Assembly: GCA_050250555.1 (NCBI GenBank)
Contig: JBFWOK010000003.1
Coordinates: forward strand, 2,475 to 66,474
Length of the DNA stretch: 64,000 nucleotides
From: Limisphaerales bacterium
GTDB taxonomy: Bacteria > Verrucomicrobiota > Verrucomicrobiia > Limisphaerales > CAIMTB01
Reading direction: 5' to 3'
This document shows, one piece after another, positions 1-10,670 of the stretch (positions are counted from its first letter, which is position 1; every line of letters begins with the position of its first letter). The notes under the pieces are model-generated. The model was not told the origin of the DNA and ran no database searches. It saw nothing but the letters and a program-made list of their open reading frames with translations. Made by a program: the position numbers and the translations under genes.

Positions 1-1
1 G

Positions 2-334
2 ATCGCGACCGTGGGACGCGGCGAGGAGGAACTGAAGGCGGCGGGAATCGAGTACCGCAAGGGCGTGTTTCCGTTCCTGGCGAATGGACGCGCGCACGCT
101 CTGGGCTCGATCGACGGACGGGTGAAGATCCTGGCGGACGCCGCGACGGATCGGGTGTTGGGCGTGCACATCATTGGACCGCATGCCGGAGACCTGATCG
201 CCGAGGCGGCGACGGCGATGGCGTTTGGGGCGTCTTCGGAAGACATCGCGCGGTGCTGCCATGCGCATCCGACGCTGGCGGAAGCGGTCAAGGAAGCGGC
301 GTTGGCGGTGGATGGACGGGCGCTTCATTTCTGA
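2..334 (+). CDS. lpdA: Dihydrolipoamide dehydrogenase, C-terminal part (5' end outside window)
   Basis: Dimerisation-domain motifs [27 protein letters not shown] and the catalytic [15 protein letters not shown]; frame is open from the window edge. Confidence 0.95.
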   Translation: MATVGRGEEELKAAGIEYRKGVFPFLANGRAHALGSIDGRVKILADAATDRVLGVHIIGPHAGDLIAEAATAMAFGASSEDIARCCHAHPTLAEAVKEAALAVDGRALHF

Positions 335-565
335 CGGGAACACGTCGCGTTGGGGATTGGGAATTCTGGGAATGCCGCCAGCTCGGCTGGGCATCGAGAT
401 CGACGGATGGACGGACGGACCGAAGGAACGCTGGGTCCACGGCCAAACCCGTCGCAGCCATGCACCGTCATTTTCCCGGAGCCCTCCACAACGCTTAACA
501 AGTATTGTGCGCAATAATAAGACTGGGTCAGCGGAGCTCTGCTTTGGTTGTTTTCCGTGCCTATC

Positions 566-1909
566 CTATTCCGGTCGCGTTCCCCAGCGTTCCGTGAACG
601 GCCACCAGACGAAGCAGTATTTCCCGACAATGTTCGTTTCCGGGAAATCACCCCAGGCCCGGGAATCCAGACTGTTCAACGTGTTGTCGCCCATGACCAT
701 GTAGCGACCCGGCGGGATCTGGTACTCCATGCGTTCCGTGCGGAACAGCGGCGCGATGTTGGCTCCCCGGTTCAGCGAGGCCGCCACCGTTCCGTTCACA
801 TGGCCGGAGTACTGGCTTTCGGCCGGAGGCCCGTCGAATCCGTAGACCTTGGAAAAATGCGGGGTTGTCTTGTCGAGGCGGTTGCCGTCGATCCTCAGAT
901 GACGATCGTCGCCGAGTCGCAGGACTTCTCCGCCCAATCCGACCAGTCGCTTGATGTAGAACTGATCCTGGGTCAGGTCCCGGATCCCGCGGGTTTCGAA
1001 CACCACGATCTCGCCGCGTTTCGGCGGTCTGAAGTTGTAGGAGACCCGGTCGACGAAGAGATGGTCGCCGGCGCTGTCGCGCAGGCGCAGGATATAGTCC
1101 CCCTTCCGGAACACGTGCCCGGGCGCGATGGGGTAGTACATGCCCGTCTGTCCCACCATTCCTCCGACAAACCCCCTCAGGTCGCCGCCGTGACCGTCCA
1201 CGGGCGAAAACCAAACGCGCTCCTTCTTCTGTCGGATTCCGCCGGCGCCGCGGTATTCCAGGATGACGTCCTGGTAGCTGATGAATGCCATCGATTTTCG
1301 CGGTTCCACCCGCAGCACCCGCCCGTCGTCCTCGGCCACGATCTCGTGGTAATACTCCCCGCGCACCAATGCGGCGGCGATCCTCTCGAGAGTCCCCGGC
1401 ACCACGGCGTCGGGTTTGAGCCGGAGATCTTCGAAATGCACGCCGTACAACGTGGGTTGCATGGATCCCGTGGGGATCTTGAACGGCTGGAGAAAGAAGG
1501 TCCGGATGGCCATGGCGACCCCGATGGCCACCAGGAACACCTCGACGTTCTCGCGCATGGAGGCGTTGGCGTAGGGTCGAAGCCAGCGGTTGGCGCACGT
1601 CTCGAAGTCGCGGGCGCCCGCTTCAAGGTCCGGCGCGGAGGGCCTGGATCGGAGGACGGCGTCGAAGGCGCGGATGCCCTCGTCGATCGCGGCGAGGGCC
1701 TTCGGGTCCAGTTCGTCCATCTGGAAGCACCGGATCTTCCAGACGTGCTTCCGCATTTCGAGCGCGTGGCGGTATCGCCGGGAGAGGATCCACGAAGCCA
1801 GCATCGCCGGGTGGCGCAGGCACTGCCGGAAGCCGCCCGAAGGAAGCGGGTCCGGAGCGCCGCCGACCGCGGGCTGGGAAGCGAGGGAAAGGGCGGGAGT
1901 CGAGTCCAT
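566..1909 (-). CDS. lepB: Signal peptidase I (long form with N-terminal extension and internal insertion)
   Basis: FLQPFKIPTGSMQPTL (catalytic Ser), FYIKRLVG (catalytic Lys), MGDNTLNSLDSRAWG; directly downstream of lepA. Start set at ATG 1909. Confidence 0.93.
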   Translation of the reverse strand: MDSTPALSLASQPAVGGAPDPLPSGGFRQCLRHPAMLASWILSRRYRHALEMRKHVWKIRCFQMDELDPKALAAIDEGIRAFDAVLRSRPSAPDLEAGARDFETCANRWLRPYANASMRENVEVFLVAIGVAMAIRTFFLQPFKIPTGSMQPTLYGVHFEDLRLKPDAVVPGTLERIAAALVRGEYYHEIVAEDDGRVLRVEPRKSMAFISYQDVILEYRGAGGIRQKKERVWFSPVDGHGGDLRGFVGGMVGQTGMYYPIAPGHVFRKGDYILRLRDSAGDHLFVDRVSYNFRPPKRGEIVVFETRGIRDLTQDQFYIKRLVGLGGEVLRLGDDRHLRIDGNRLDKTTPHFSKVYGFDGPPAESQYSGHVNGTVAASLNRGANIAPLFRTERMEYQIPPGRYMVMGDNTLNSLDSRAWGDFPETNIVGKYCFVWWPFTERWGTRPE

Positions 1910-1923
1910 GGTTGGGGCTGGCG

Positions 1924-3714
1924 TCAGGCCTTGAGCACTTCGATGAACGCTTCCTGCGGAATGTTCACGGAGCCGATGGATTTCATGCGTTTCTTGCCCT
2001 CCTTCTGCTTCTCCAGGAGCTTCCGTTTCCGGGAAATATCGCCGCCGTAGCATTTCGCGGTCACGTCCTTGCGCAACGCGCTGATGCTTTCCCGGGCGAT
2101 GATCTTGCCGCCGATGGCGGCCTGGATGGCGATCTGGTACTGCTGCCGCGGGATGACTTCCTTCAACTTGGCGGCGAGCGCGCGTCCCCTGCCCTCCGCC
2201 TTGGTGCGATGGACGATGCACGAGAACGCGTCGACGGATTCTCCGTTCACGAGCATGTCGAGCTTGACCATGTCGGACACCTCGTAGCCGGTCGTCTCGT
2301 AGTCCATGGACCCGTAGCCGCGGGTCATCGATTTGATGCGGTCATGGAAATCGATGAGGATCTCGTTCAGCGGCGTCCTGGAGGTCAGCATGACGCGGCG
2401 GGTGTCGAGGGTTTCGGTATGGTCGATCGCGCCGCGCTTCTCCGAGATGAGGTTCATGATGTCGCCGATGAACTCATTGGGCGTGATGACGAACGCCTTG
2501 ACCATGGGTTCCTCGATCGCCTCGATGTAGGTGACCTCGGGCATGAACGCGGGGTTGTCGATCTCCTTGACGTTTCCGTCGGTCATCAGCACGCGGTACA
2601 CCACCGAGGGGTAGGTCGCGATGATGTCCATCTCGTACTCGCGGCGGAGGCGTTCCTGGACGATCTCCATGTGGAGAAGTCCGAGGAACCCGCATCGAAA
2701 TCCGAAACCGAGGGCCACGGAGGTTTCGGTCTGGAAAACGAAGGCGGAATCGTTGAGCTGCAGCTTTTCGAGCGCGGACTTGAGGTGCTCGAAGTCGGCG
2801 GGATTGATCGGATAGATCCCGCTGAAGACCATCGGGTGCACCTCCTGGAATCCGGGAAGGGCCGGCGAGGGGTGGCGGGCGTCGGTCAGGGTGTCCCCGA
2901 TCTTGACGTCCTTCGGGCTCTTGATGTTCGCCGTCATGTACCCGGTTTCCCCGACCGTCAGCGCGTCGCGGACGTAGGGCTTCGGGTTGAAACTGCCGAC
3001 CTCCTTGATTTCGACGGTTCGGCCGGAGTGGAGGAGCTTCAGCTGAACGCCGGCGCGGAGTTCCCCGTTGAAAACTCGGACATGGGTGACGACCCCCTTG
3101 TAGGTGTCGTAGAAGCTGTCGAAGACCAGGGTCTGAAGGGAGGGCGCGCCGGTGGGCTTTGGCGGCGGGATCCGGGCCACGACGGCTTCCAGGATGTCAT
3201 CAATGCCGATGCCCTGCTTGGCGCTCGCGAGAATGGCGGTGTCGCCGGGAATCGCGAGGATATCCTCGAGCTGCTGGCGGGCCATGTCCACGTTGGCATG
3301 GGGCAGGTCGATCTTGTTGATGACTGGGATGATCGTGAGGTTCTGCTTCATCGCCAGGTGGACATTGGCGACGGTTTGGGCTTCGACCCCCTGGGCGGCG
3401 TCGATGATGAGCAGCGCGCCCTCGCAGGCGCTGAGGCTTCGCGACACCTCGTAGGCGAAGTCCACGTGTCCCGGCGTATCGATGAGGTTCAGTTCGTAGA
3501 TTTCACCGTTCTGGGCGGTGTAATACATCGTGACCGGGTGGGCCTTGATGGTGATCCCCCGTTCCCTCTCGAGGTCCATCGCGTCCAGATGCTGGTCCTC
3601 CATATCCCGCTGCGCCACGGTGCCCGTGCGCTGCAGCAACCGATCGGAAAGGGTGGTCTTCCCGTGGTCGATGTGGGCGATGATCGAAAAATTCCGGATA
3701 TGAGCTGTGTCCAT
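1924..3714 (-). CDS. lepA: Elongation factor 4 (LepA)
   Basis: IRNFSIIAHIDHGKTTLSDR, DTPGHVDF, NKID, and C-terminal RKDVTAKCYGGDISRKRKLLEKQKEGKKRMK; 596 aa from ATG 3714. Confidence 0.98.
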   Translation of the reverse strand: MDTAHIRNFSIIAHIDHGKTTLSDRLLQRTGTVAQRDMEDQHLDAMDLERERGITIKAHPVTMYYTAQNGEIYELNLIDTPGHVDFAYEVSRSLSACEGALLIIDAAQGVEAQTVANVHLAMKQNLTIIPVINKIDLPHANVDMARQQLEDILAIPGDTAILASAKQGIGIDDILEAVVARIPPPKPTGAPSLQTLVFDSFYDTYKGVVTHVRVFNGELRAGVQLKLLHSGRTVEIKEVGSFNPKPYVRDALTVGETGYMTANIKSPKDVKIGDTLTDARHPSPALPGFQEVHPMVFSGIYPINPADFEHLKSALEKLQLNDSAFVFQTETSVALGFGFRCGFLGLLHMEIVQERLRREYEMDIIATYPSVVYRVLMTDGNVKEIDNPAFMPEVTYIEAIEEPMVKAFVITPNEFIGDIMNLISEKRGAIDHTETLDTRRVMLTSRTPLNEILIDFHDRIKSMTRGYGSMDYETTGYEVSDMVKLDMLVNGESVDAFSCIVHRTKAEGRGRALAAKLKEVIPRQQYQIAIQAAIGGKIIARESISALRKDVTAKCYGGDISRKRKLLEKQKEGKKRMKSIGSVNIPQEAFIEVLKA

Positions 3715-3965
3715 TGCCGCAAGCAAACCAACCGACCCAACACGCCGACAGGCGACGGACCGCCCCGCGGGTTGTCCCCGCCTGTTCCCGGGCCGGGGAG
3801 AGCTGAAGTTAATCACAACCTTCCGCGAGCCAAGGTAAAACCCGTGTGGATTTCCACCCGGCCGCCCGCCCGACCCAACCGGCCGGGGGCGCCGGATCGC
3901 CTTCCGCATTCGCCGGATCGGATTCCTTTGGCGGGCGGACGGACGACGGGTAGGGTCGCGGCGGA

Positions 3966-5684
3966 TTGGAGCACGAGACTCTCACGGACATTGCCCTCTG
4001 CGTGGTGGCCGCCTGGCTGTTCGGCGTCGCCGCGCATCTCCTTCGGCAGCCCGCGCTGGTCGCTTATCTGATCGCGGGCTTTTTCATCGGCCCCTCGGGG
4101 ATCGGGCTGGTGACCCACCAGGAATCCATTGAGTCCATCGCGTCGATCGGACTGATCCTGCTGCTGTTCCTGATCGGGTTGGAGATCGACCTGAAGCGGG
4201 TGCTTGGCGCGGGACGCGCCATCTTCACGACATCCCTGGTTCAGATTCTGGGGACCGTGGCCATGGGCGTGGGGGTTTTCGTGCTCGCCGGGTCTCCGTT
4301 GGGAGCGGGGAAATTCGATGCCCTCTACCTTGGCGTGGGCGCTTTTGTGAGTTCGACCGTCATCGCCGTGAAAATCCTGACGGATCGGCGGGAACTCGAC
4401 ACCCTCTCGGGGCGCCTCTCGATCGGGATCTGCGTGATCCAGGATGTCGCGCTGATCATTTTCCTGGGTGTCCAGCCCGCCCTGTCCAATCCCTCGCTCC
4501 TCGTCGTCGCGACGACCTTCCTGAAGATCGCCGTCCTCATCGGGGCCGCGCTTGGGATCAGCAAATACGTTCTGCCGCCGCTGTTCCACCGGGTCGCCAA
4601 CCTGCCCGAGTTGGTGGTGGTCGGCGCCCTGGCCTGGTGTTTCATCATCGCCGCGCTGGCGCATTCGCTGGGCCTGTCGCGGGAGATGGGGGCGCTGGTG
4701 GCGGGCGTTTCGATTTCGACGTACCCGTACCATCTCGATGTTTCGGCCAAGGTGACGAGCCTCCGGGATTTCTTCGTCACGCTGTTCTTCGTGGGGCTGG
4801 GGCTGTCGGTTCCGGCACCCCGCTGGGAGCCCATTCAACTGGCGCTTCTCCTGTGCGGATTCGTTGTCGTCAGCCGGTTTCTCACCGTGATGGTGCCCCT
4901 GCGGCTCCTGGGGATGGGCAACCGGGTCAGCTTCCTCACCGGCCTGAATCTCGCGCCGCTGAGCGAGTTCACCCTGGTGCTGATCAATCTCGGCATCGCC
5001 AGCGGCCATATTGGGCGCGAGCTTCTGGCGCCCGTCGTGTACGCCTTCTTCATCCTGGCGGTCGTCTGCAGCTACGCCATCGCCCGATCCGACCAGGTGT
5101 ATCTCGCCGTCGAACCTCTCTTCATCCGCCTGGGGCTGCGCGATCGGTCGGAAGGTGCCCCGGTCGAGGCGAAAGCGCCGAAACCCGCGGACATCTACCT
5201 GCTCGGGTTTTCGTGGACCGCCAGTTCGCTCCTGGAGGAGATCACCCTGCGCAACCCTTCCCTGCTCCCGCGTCTCGCGGTGGTCGATTTCAATCCGGAG
5301 GTCCACCGAAGGCTGGTGCGACGCGGGATTCGCGCCATCTGGGGTGACATCTCGCAACGGGACACCCTGGAACAAGCCGGGCTGCGATCGGCGCGCCTGG
5401 TCCTCTGCACCCTTCCCAACACCGTGCTCCGCGGAATCACCAACCACCGGCTCGTGCAACTCGTCCGACACCTCAATCCGGACGCCTGCCTGGTCGTCCA
5501 CGCCGAACTTCTTTCGGACGTTCCCCGCCTGAAGGAGGCCGGCGCCTCCTATGTCTACACCCCGCGCCTGCACGACGCCGACGAACTGATCACGGTGATC
5601 GAGGCGGCCGACAACAATCTGATCCTCCAGATGCTCGAAAAACTTCAGAAACGACTCCACCAGCGCACCGAAGTGATCCCTTGA
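3966..5684 (+). CDS. Cation:proton antiporter, CPA2 (Kef-like), with C-terminal RCK/TrkA-N domain
   Basis: About 12 hydrophobic segments; LLFLIGLE, SSTVIAVK, QDVA, SLRDFFVTLFF, LAPLSEF motifs; soluble tail VVDFNPE...WGDISQRDTLEQAG. TTG start. Confidence 0.88.
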   Translation: MEHETLTDIALCVVAAWLFGVAAHLLRQPALVAYLIAGFFIGPSGIGLVTHQESIESIASIGLILLLFLIGLEIDLKRVLGAGRAIFTTSLVQILGTVAMGVGVFVLAGSPLGAGKFDALYLGVGAFVSSTVIAVKILTDRRELDTLSGRLSIGICVIQDVALIIFLGVQPALSNPSLLVVATTFLKIAVLIGAALGISKYVLPPLFHRVANLPELVVVGALAWCFIIAALAHSLGLSREMGALVAGVSISTYPYHLDVSAKVTSLRDFFVTLFFVGLGLSVPAPRWEPIQLALLLCGFVVVSRFLTVMVPLRLLGMGNRVSFLTGLNLAPLSEFTLVLINLGIASGHIGRELLAPVVYAFFILAVVCSYAIARSDQVYLAVEPLFIRLGLRDRSEGAPVEAKAPKPADIYLLGFSWTASSLLEEITLRNPSLLPRLAVVDFNPEVHRRLVRRGIRAIWGDISQRDTLEQAGLRSARLVLCTLPNTVLRGITNHRLVQLVRHLNPDACLVVHAELLSDVPRLKEAGASYVYTPRLHDADELITVIEAADNNLILQMLEKLQKRLHQRTEVIP

Positions 5685-5756
5685 CGGATCCGAGGAACGA
5701 TTCGATCCCACCACGAGCGAACGTCCTCCCAGCGCTTCCCCCCACCCTTCCCCGAC

Positions 5757-6593
5757 GTGAAATCCTACCGCATTCGAACCCTGCTCTCCGAGGCGACGCG
5801 CGCCGCCCGCGAAGCCGGCGCCCTCATGCGCCGCAACCTGCGCTCGACCAAGAAGGTCGACTCCGCGACCCAACACGACATCAAGCTTGAATTGGATGTC
5901 CGCTGCCAGCGGTTGATTGAGCGGATCCTGCGGAAGGCCCTGCCGGAGGCCTCGGTCCTCGGCGAGGAAGGCGCGGATGCCGACTCGCACGGCCCGCTGC
6001 GCTGGGTGATCGATCCGATCGATGGCACGGTCAATTTCGCCTACGGCATCCCGCACGCGTGTGTCTGCATCGCCCTTCAGTGCGCCGCGAAACCCGGGCG
6101 CCGGCCGAGTGATCCGGCTTACGAGGATGGATTCGAGACTGTCCTCGGCGTGGTGTACGACCCGTTCACAGACGAATTGTGGAGCGCCACCGACGAAGGT
6201 CCGGCGTTGCTCAACGGCAAGCCGATCCACGTGTCGGAGCGAGCGCGATTCGAGGAATCCATCATCGCGCTCGGCTTCGCCAAGCACCGGCACACCCTCG
6301 ATCGAATGCTGCCAGTGTTCCAACGACTGGTTCACCTCGTCCGGAAGATCAGAATCACGGGATCGGCGGCGCTTTCGATGACCTATGTCGCCTCCGGTCG
6401 CTTCGATGCCTACGTCGAGTCCGGCGTCCGGCTGTGGGACATCGCCGCCGGCGGACTGATCCTGCAAAGAGCGGGTGGCGTCTTCTGGCGGCGCGCCGTC
6501 GATGCGAACCAGACCTACTCAATCGTCCTCAGCGGACCGCCACTGCAAAAGCAACTTCTCCGCCTGAACAAGCTCACGAAGCCGAATCCGTAG
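5757..6593 (+). CDS. suhB: Inositol monophosphatase family protein
   Basis: VLGEE, WVIDPIDGTVNF, GSAALSMTYVASGRFDAY, WDIAAG signatures. Confidence 0.9.
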   Translation: MKSYRIRTLLSEATRAAREAGALMRRNLRSTKKVDSATQHDIKLELDVRCQRLIERILRKALPEASVLGEEGADADSHGPLRWVIDPIDGTVNFAYGIPHACVCIALQCAAKPGRRPSDPAYEDGFETVLGVVYDPFTDELWSATDEGPALLNGKPIHVSERARFEESIIALGFAKHRHTLDRMLPVFQRLVHLVRKIRITGSAALSMTYVASGRFDAYVESGVRLWDIAAGGLILQRAGGVFWRRAVDANQTYSIVLSGPPLQKQLLRLNKLTKPNP

Positions 6594-6616
6594 CCGCGGC
6601 CGAAGCCGACCCTTTC

Positions 6617-7564
6617 ATGAACCTGCTGACCGCAGTCGCGAACGTTCGATCCCCGAAGTTTCCGAACCGCAGGACGGCGCCGATCGCTGTCGGCGCCCAC
6701 GGCGTCGCGCCGCTTGCGACGGTGCTTCTCTGGATTCTGATCGCCCTGGTGGTTCGCCCCGTTTCGGCGGTGCCGACCAGCGACGGACTCTACGCCGGGT
6801 TCCTGACCTCGGAGGGTGAGTTCTGGTGCCGGTTGGAGTTCACCAAGGCGCCGCGGACGGTCGGGAACTTCGTCTCCCTGGCCGAGGGAACCCGGGACTG
6901 GATCGATTTCGGAACGGCGAAGATCGTCCGCCGCCCTTTCTACAATGGCATCGCGTTTCATCGGGTCATCGACGGCTTCATGATCCAGGGTGGATCCCCC
7001 AACGGACTCGGGAACGACGGACCGGGGTACCAGTTCGCGGACGAGTTCGATCCCTCGCTTCTGCACTCGAAGGCGGGGACGCTCTCGATGGCGAACTCGG
7101 GGAAGAACTCCAATGGCAGCCAGTTCTTCGTGACCGTCACGAACACGCCGTGGCTCGACGGAGCGCATTCGGTTTTCGGCGAGGTTGTCGAGGGGATCGA
7201 GGTCGTGCATCGGATCAGCCTTGTTCCGCGGGATACGGGCGACCATCCCCTCACGCCGGTCGTCATCCAGGAACTTCGGATCCTGCGCATCGGCTCCGCC
7301 GCCATCGCATTCAATCCCGCGACCGTGACCCCTGCCCCGCCCGACGTCGGAGTCGTCCCGATCCACCTCGAGAGCACGGCGACCACTCTGAACCTCCGAA
7401 TGCAGTCCAGGACCAATCACCTTCAGCACGCGTTCTTCGGTTCGGATCTCCTCGACTGGGCGGTGCAGACTTTCCGGGGAACCCCGACCAACCTCAATGC
7501 GACCTCGTTGATGGGATTCCCGAATCTATTCTTCCGGGTTCTCGTCGGAGGCATCGAGCCGTGA
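6617..7564 (+). CDS. Exported cyclophilin-type peptidyl-prolyl cis-trans isomerase with C-terminal extension
   Basis: APRTVGNF, FHRVIDGFMIQGG, LSMANSGKNSNGSQFF, WLDGAHSVFG; hydrophobic signal segment LATVLLWILIALVVRPVSA. Start uncertain. Confidence 0.9.
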   Translation: MNLLTAVANVRSPKFPNRRTAPIAVGAHGVAPLATVLLWILIALVVRPVSAVPTSDGLYAGFLTSEGEFWCRLEFTKAPRTVGNFVSLAEGTRDWIDFGTAKIVRRPFYNGIAFHRVIDGFMIQGGSPNGLGNDGPGYQFADEFDPSLLHSKAGTLSMANSGKNSNGSQFFVTVTNTPWLDGAHSVFGEVVEGIEVVHRISLVPRDTGDHPLTPVVIQELRILRIGSAAIAFNPATVTPAPPDVGVVPIHLESTATTLNLRMQSRTNHLQHAFFGSDLLDWAVQTFRGTPTNLNATSLMGFPNLFFRVLVGGIEP

Positions 7565-7595
7565 CGTTCTCGGACCAGGCCGGTCCTATGAACCC

Positions 7596-9275
7596 CTACG
7601 GAACTTGATCCCGCCAAACGGCGCCCAGGCCGTCGAGTCTCGGGTCTGAGGCCGCTTGCAGTTCCGTCCCGACGCGCCCGACCGCCTGGGCGGCGCCCAG
7701 GTGCCTGATTTCGCGGACCTGATGGCCCCGGTCGCGAAGGGAATCGACGACCCCGCTTTTCCACCCGGTCTCGATCCACACCTCATCCGGTTTCCACTGG
7801 TGATGGATCCTGGGCTGAGCCAGCGCCTCGGCGGGTGCCAGCGCAAAATCCACCGTCTGGATCACGGCGAGGACGCTCTGCGAGATGATGGTGGGACCGC
7901 CCGCCGCGCCCACCGCGAGGATCGGGCGCCCTTCGCGCAGGACGATGGTCGGGCTCATGCTCGACAACGGGCGCTTTCCCGGGGCGACCGCGTTGGCTTC
8001 CGCGCCGACAAGGCCGAAGTAATTGGCCCGCCCGGGTTGAGCCGAAAAATCGTCCATCTCGTTGTTCAACGGAATTCCGGTCCCGGGGATGACCACCTTG
8101 CTCCCCAGGGTGGTGTTGATCGTTGCCGTCAGCGCCACCCAATTCCCCTCCGAATCCGCCGCGGAAAGATGGGTCGTGTGCCTTCCGAAATGATCCGTCC
8201 AGGCACCCGGCGGTGTCCCGGGACCAGGCACCGGAGTGGCGGATTCCATCCGGATCTCCTTCGCCCAAGCCCCCGTGTACTCCGGCGACGTCAGTCCCCG
8301 GGGGACAGCCACGTGATCGGAATCACCGAGCCAAAACGCCCGGTCCGCGAACGCCCGCTTCATGACCTCCGCCGTGACGTGCGCGAGATCCGCCGAACCG
8401 GCGCCAAAGCCTCGCAGATCGAATCCCTCCAGGGCTTGCAGGATCTGGGCGACGTGAATGCCGCCGGAACTCGGCGGTGGAAACCCCGCCACCTGGCAAT
8501 CCCGGTAACCGGCGAAGACGGGTTCGCGAGCGACGACCCGGTACCGTGCCAGATCGGATTTGCGCAGGATTCCGTCGTTCGATCGCATCCAACTTTCCAC
8601 GCGGTCGGCGAAATCGCCCCGGTAAAACCAACGGGTTCCCTTCTCCGCGATCGCCCGGTAGCTGCGCGCGAGATCGGGTTGGCGAAGGCGTTCCCCGATT
8701 TCAAGGGGCGATCCGTCGGGGTGGAGAAAGATTGACGCCGCCTCCGCGTGACGCCGGATCACCGGGGCTTCGTCGCGCAAACGGCCGGCCAGTTCGGCGC
8801 CGACCGGAAAGCCGTCGTCCGCGACGCGGGCGGCTTCGAGCAACGCCTCGCGGAGGGGGCGTTGGCCGTGCCGCCGGGCGAGCCAGTCCAGGGCGGCGAG
8901 TTCCCCGGGAACACCCACGGCCAGGGGCCCCTCCTGGCTGAGCGCCGGAACCGCCACCCCGTCCCGGATGAAGAGGTCGCGGGTTGCCGCCTGGGGCGCT
9001 GTCTCCCGTCCGTCGAGGGCCACCCAGCGTCCGTTGGCAAGTCGAACCAGGGCCAGGCAGCCACCGCCGATCCCGGAATTGTGACCGTCCACCACGCCGA
9101 GCATCAGGGCCGAAGCCACGGCCGCGTCCACGGCGTTTCCGCCGCGCTTGTAGGCGTCGATCCCGGCTTGCGTGGCGAGGGGATGGACGGTGGCGACGGC
9201 GATCTCGCGGCCCAGGACCGAGGTGTTGGCGAATGGAAGGAAGACCCCGACGATGATGACGGCCAGGCGGAGCAT
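7596..9275 (-). CDS. ggt: Gamma-glutamyltransferase (signal peptide)
   Basis: GGNAVDAAVA, SGIGGG, DGRETAP, PPPSSGG, autocleavage site H-TTHLS, NNEMDDF, PGKRPLSSMSP. Confidence 0.95.
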   Translation of the reverse strand: MLRLAVIIVGVFLPFANTSVLGREIAVATVHPLATQAGIDAYKRGGNAVDAAVASALMLGVVDGHNSGIGGGCLALVRLANGRWVALDGRETAPQAATRDLFIRDGVAVPALSQEGPLAVGVPGELAALDWLARRHGQRPLREALLEAARVADDGFPVGAELAGRLRDEAPVIRRHAEAASIFLHPDGSPLEIGERLRQPDLARSYRAIAEKGTRWFYRGDFADRVESWMRSNDGILRKSDLARYRVVAREPVFAGYRDCQVAGFPPPSSGGIHVAQILQALEGFDLRGFGAGSADLAHVTAEVMKRAFADRAFWLGDSDHVAVPRGLTSPEYTGAWAKEIRMESATPVPGPGTPPGAWTDHFGRHTTHLSAADSEGNWVALTATINTTLGSKVVIPGTGIPLNNEMDDFSAQPGRANYFGLVGAEANAVAPGKRPLSSMSPTIVLREGRPILAVGAAGGPTIISQSVLAVIQTVDFALAPAEALAQPRIHHQWKPDEVWIETGWKSGVVDSLRDRGHQVREIRHLGAAQAVGRVGTELQAASDPRLDGLGAVWRDQVP

Positions 9276-9279
9276 CGCT

Positions 9280-10386
9280 TTAGCGTTGAACCCGGGCTCC
9301 GGCGCCCTTCATCACGGCTTCCACTTCCTTCTGATTCGCCATCGAGGTGTCGCCCGGAGTCGTCATCGCCATGGCGCCGTGGGCCGCGCCATAATCCACG
9401 GCTTTTTGCGGATCCCCCGAGGTCAGGAGCCCGTAGATCAGTCCGCTGGCGAAGCTGTCGCCGCCGCCCACGCGGTCGAAGATCTCCAGGTCCGGGTAGG
9501 TCCGGGACGCATGGAACTGTCCGCCGGCCCAGCAGATGGCGCCCCAATCATTGACCGTGGCCGTTTTGGCGGCGCGCAGGGTCGTGGCGGCGACCTTGAA
9601 ATTTGGGTAGGTCCGGACCGCCGTTTCGATCATGGACTTGAACGCCGACACATCCAGTTGGAGCAGATGCTCGTCCGCGCCTTCGACCTTGAATCCGAGG
9701 CTGGCCGTGAAGTCCTCCTCGTTGCCGATCATCACGTCGATGAACGGAGCGATCCGCCGGTTGACCTCCTGGGCTTTCGCCTGGCCCCCGATGCTTTTCC
9801 AGAGGCTGGGCCGATAGTTCAGGTCATAGCTGACGATCACGCCGTGCCGCTTGGCGGCCTGGACCGCCTCGATCACCAGGTCGGCCGTCGAGGGACTCAG
9901 CGCCGCGAAGATTCCGCCCGTATGGAGCCAGCGGCACCCCTCGGTTCCGAAGATCCTGTCCCAGTCGAAATCACCCGGCTTCAACTGACTCGCCGCGGTC
10001 TGGCCGCGGTCGGGTATCCCCACGGCGCCACGAACCCCGAAACCGCGTTCCGTGAAATTCAAACCGTTCCGGACGGTGCGCCCGACGCCGTCGAACGGCC
10101 GCCAGAGGATGTGGTCCGTCGCGACTCCGCCCTGGAGGATGAAATCCTCGAGCAACCGACCCACGTCGTTGTCGGCGAAGGCCGTGCAAACGGCGGTCTT
10201 CATTCCGAAACAGCGACGGAGCCCCCGGGCGACGTTGTATTCGCCGCCCCCTTCCCAGACTTGAAACTCGCGGGCGACGCGGACGCGGGTATCGCCGGGA
10301 TCGAGGCGGAGCATGACCTCGCCGAGGGCGATCATGTCCCAGCGTGTCGAGCCGGCGGGTTTGGGGGAAAGATCCAGGGTGGCCAT
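9280..10386 (-). CDS. kdgK: PfkB-family sugar kinase, probable 2-keto-3-deoxygluconate kinase
   Basis: LGEVMLRLDP, GGGEYNVA, SYDLNYRPSLW, NEED, DRVGGGDSF. Confidence 0.85.
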   Translation of the reverse strand: MATLDLSPKPAGSTRWDMIALGEVMLRLDPGDTRVRVAREFQVWEGGGEYNVARGLRRCFGMKTAVCTAFADNDVGRLLEDFILQGGVATDHILWRPFDGVGRTVRNGLNFTERGFGVRGAVGIPDRGQTAASQLKPGDFDWDRIFGTEGCRWLHTGGIFAALSPSTADLVIEAVQAAKRHGVIVSYDLNYRPSLWKSIGGQAKAQEVNRRIAPFIDVMIGNEEDFTASLGFKVEGADEHLLQLDVSAFKSMIETAVRTYPNFKVAATTLRAAKTATVNDWGAICWAGGQFHASRTYPDLEIFDRVGGGDSFASGLIYGLLTSGDPQKAVDYGAAHGAMAMTTPGDTSMANQKEVEAVMKGAGARVQR

Positions 10387-10670
10387 GGTTGCGGGAGAGT
10401 TTGGGTGGGTTGAAGTGGTTGGGACGGGTTCGGACGGTCCGATTTCGGATAGGGAGGGGATACGGATGCTGTTTCGAATAAGGATCTGGCAACGGAAAGG
10501 GATATGGGTGCTTTGGGCCGGCGGCGGCGGCGACGAAAGGCGGGGTCAGCGTGGAACAGGCGGGCCACGGGAGACAACGAGTTTTCAGCCCAACGGGCGC
10601 ATCGGGGGGCTCGATGATTCCGAAAATTCCCGTTCTCAATTCCGCGCGCTCCCGGCTCAATAGGCGCGCG

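Noticed and set aside
10390-10550. G-rich tract with several GGG runs between kdgK and carB (G-quadruplex-like)
   Set aside because: Such runs are common at this GC content, and there is no second copy or complementary arm to support a specific element.
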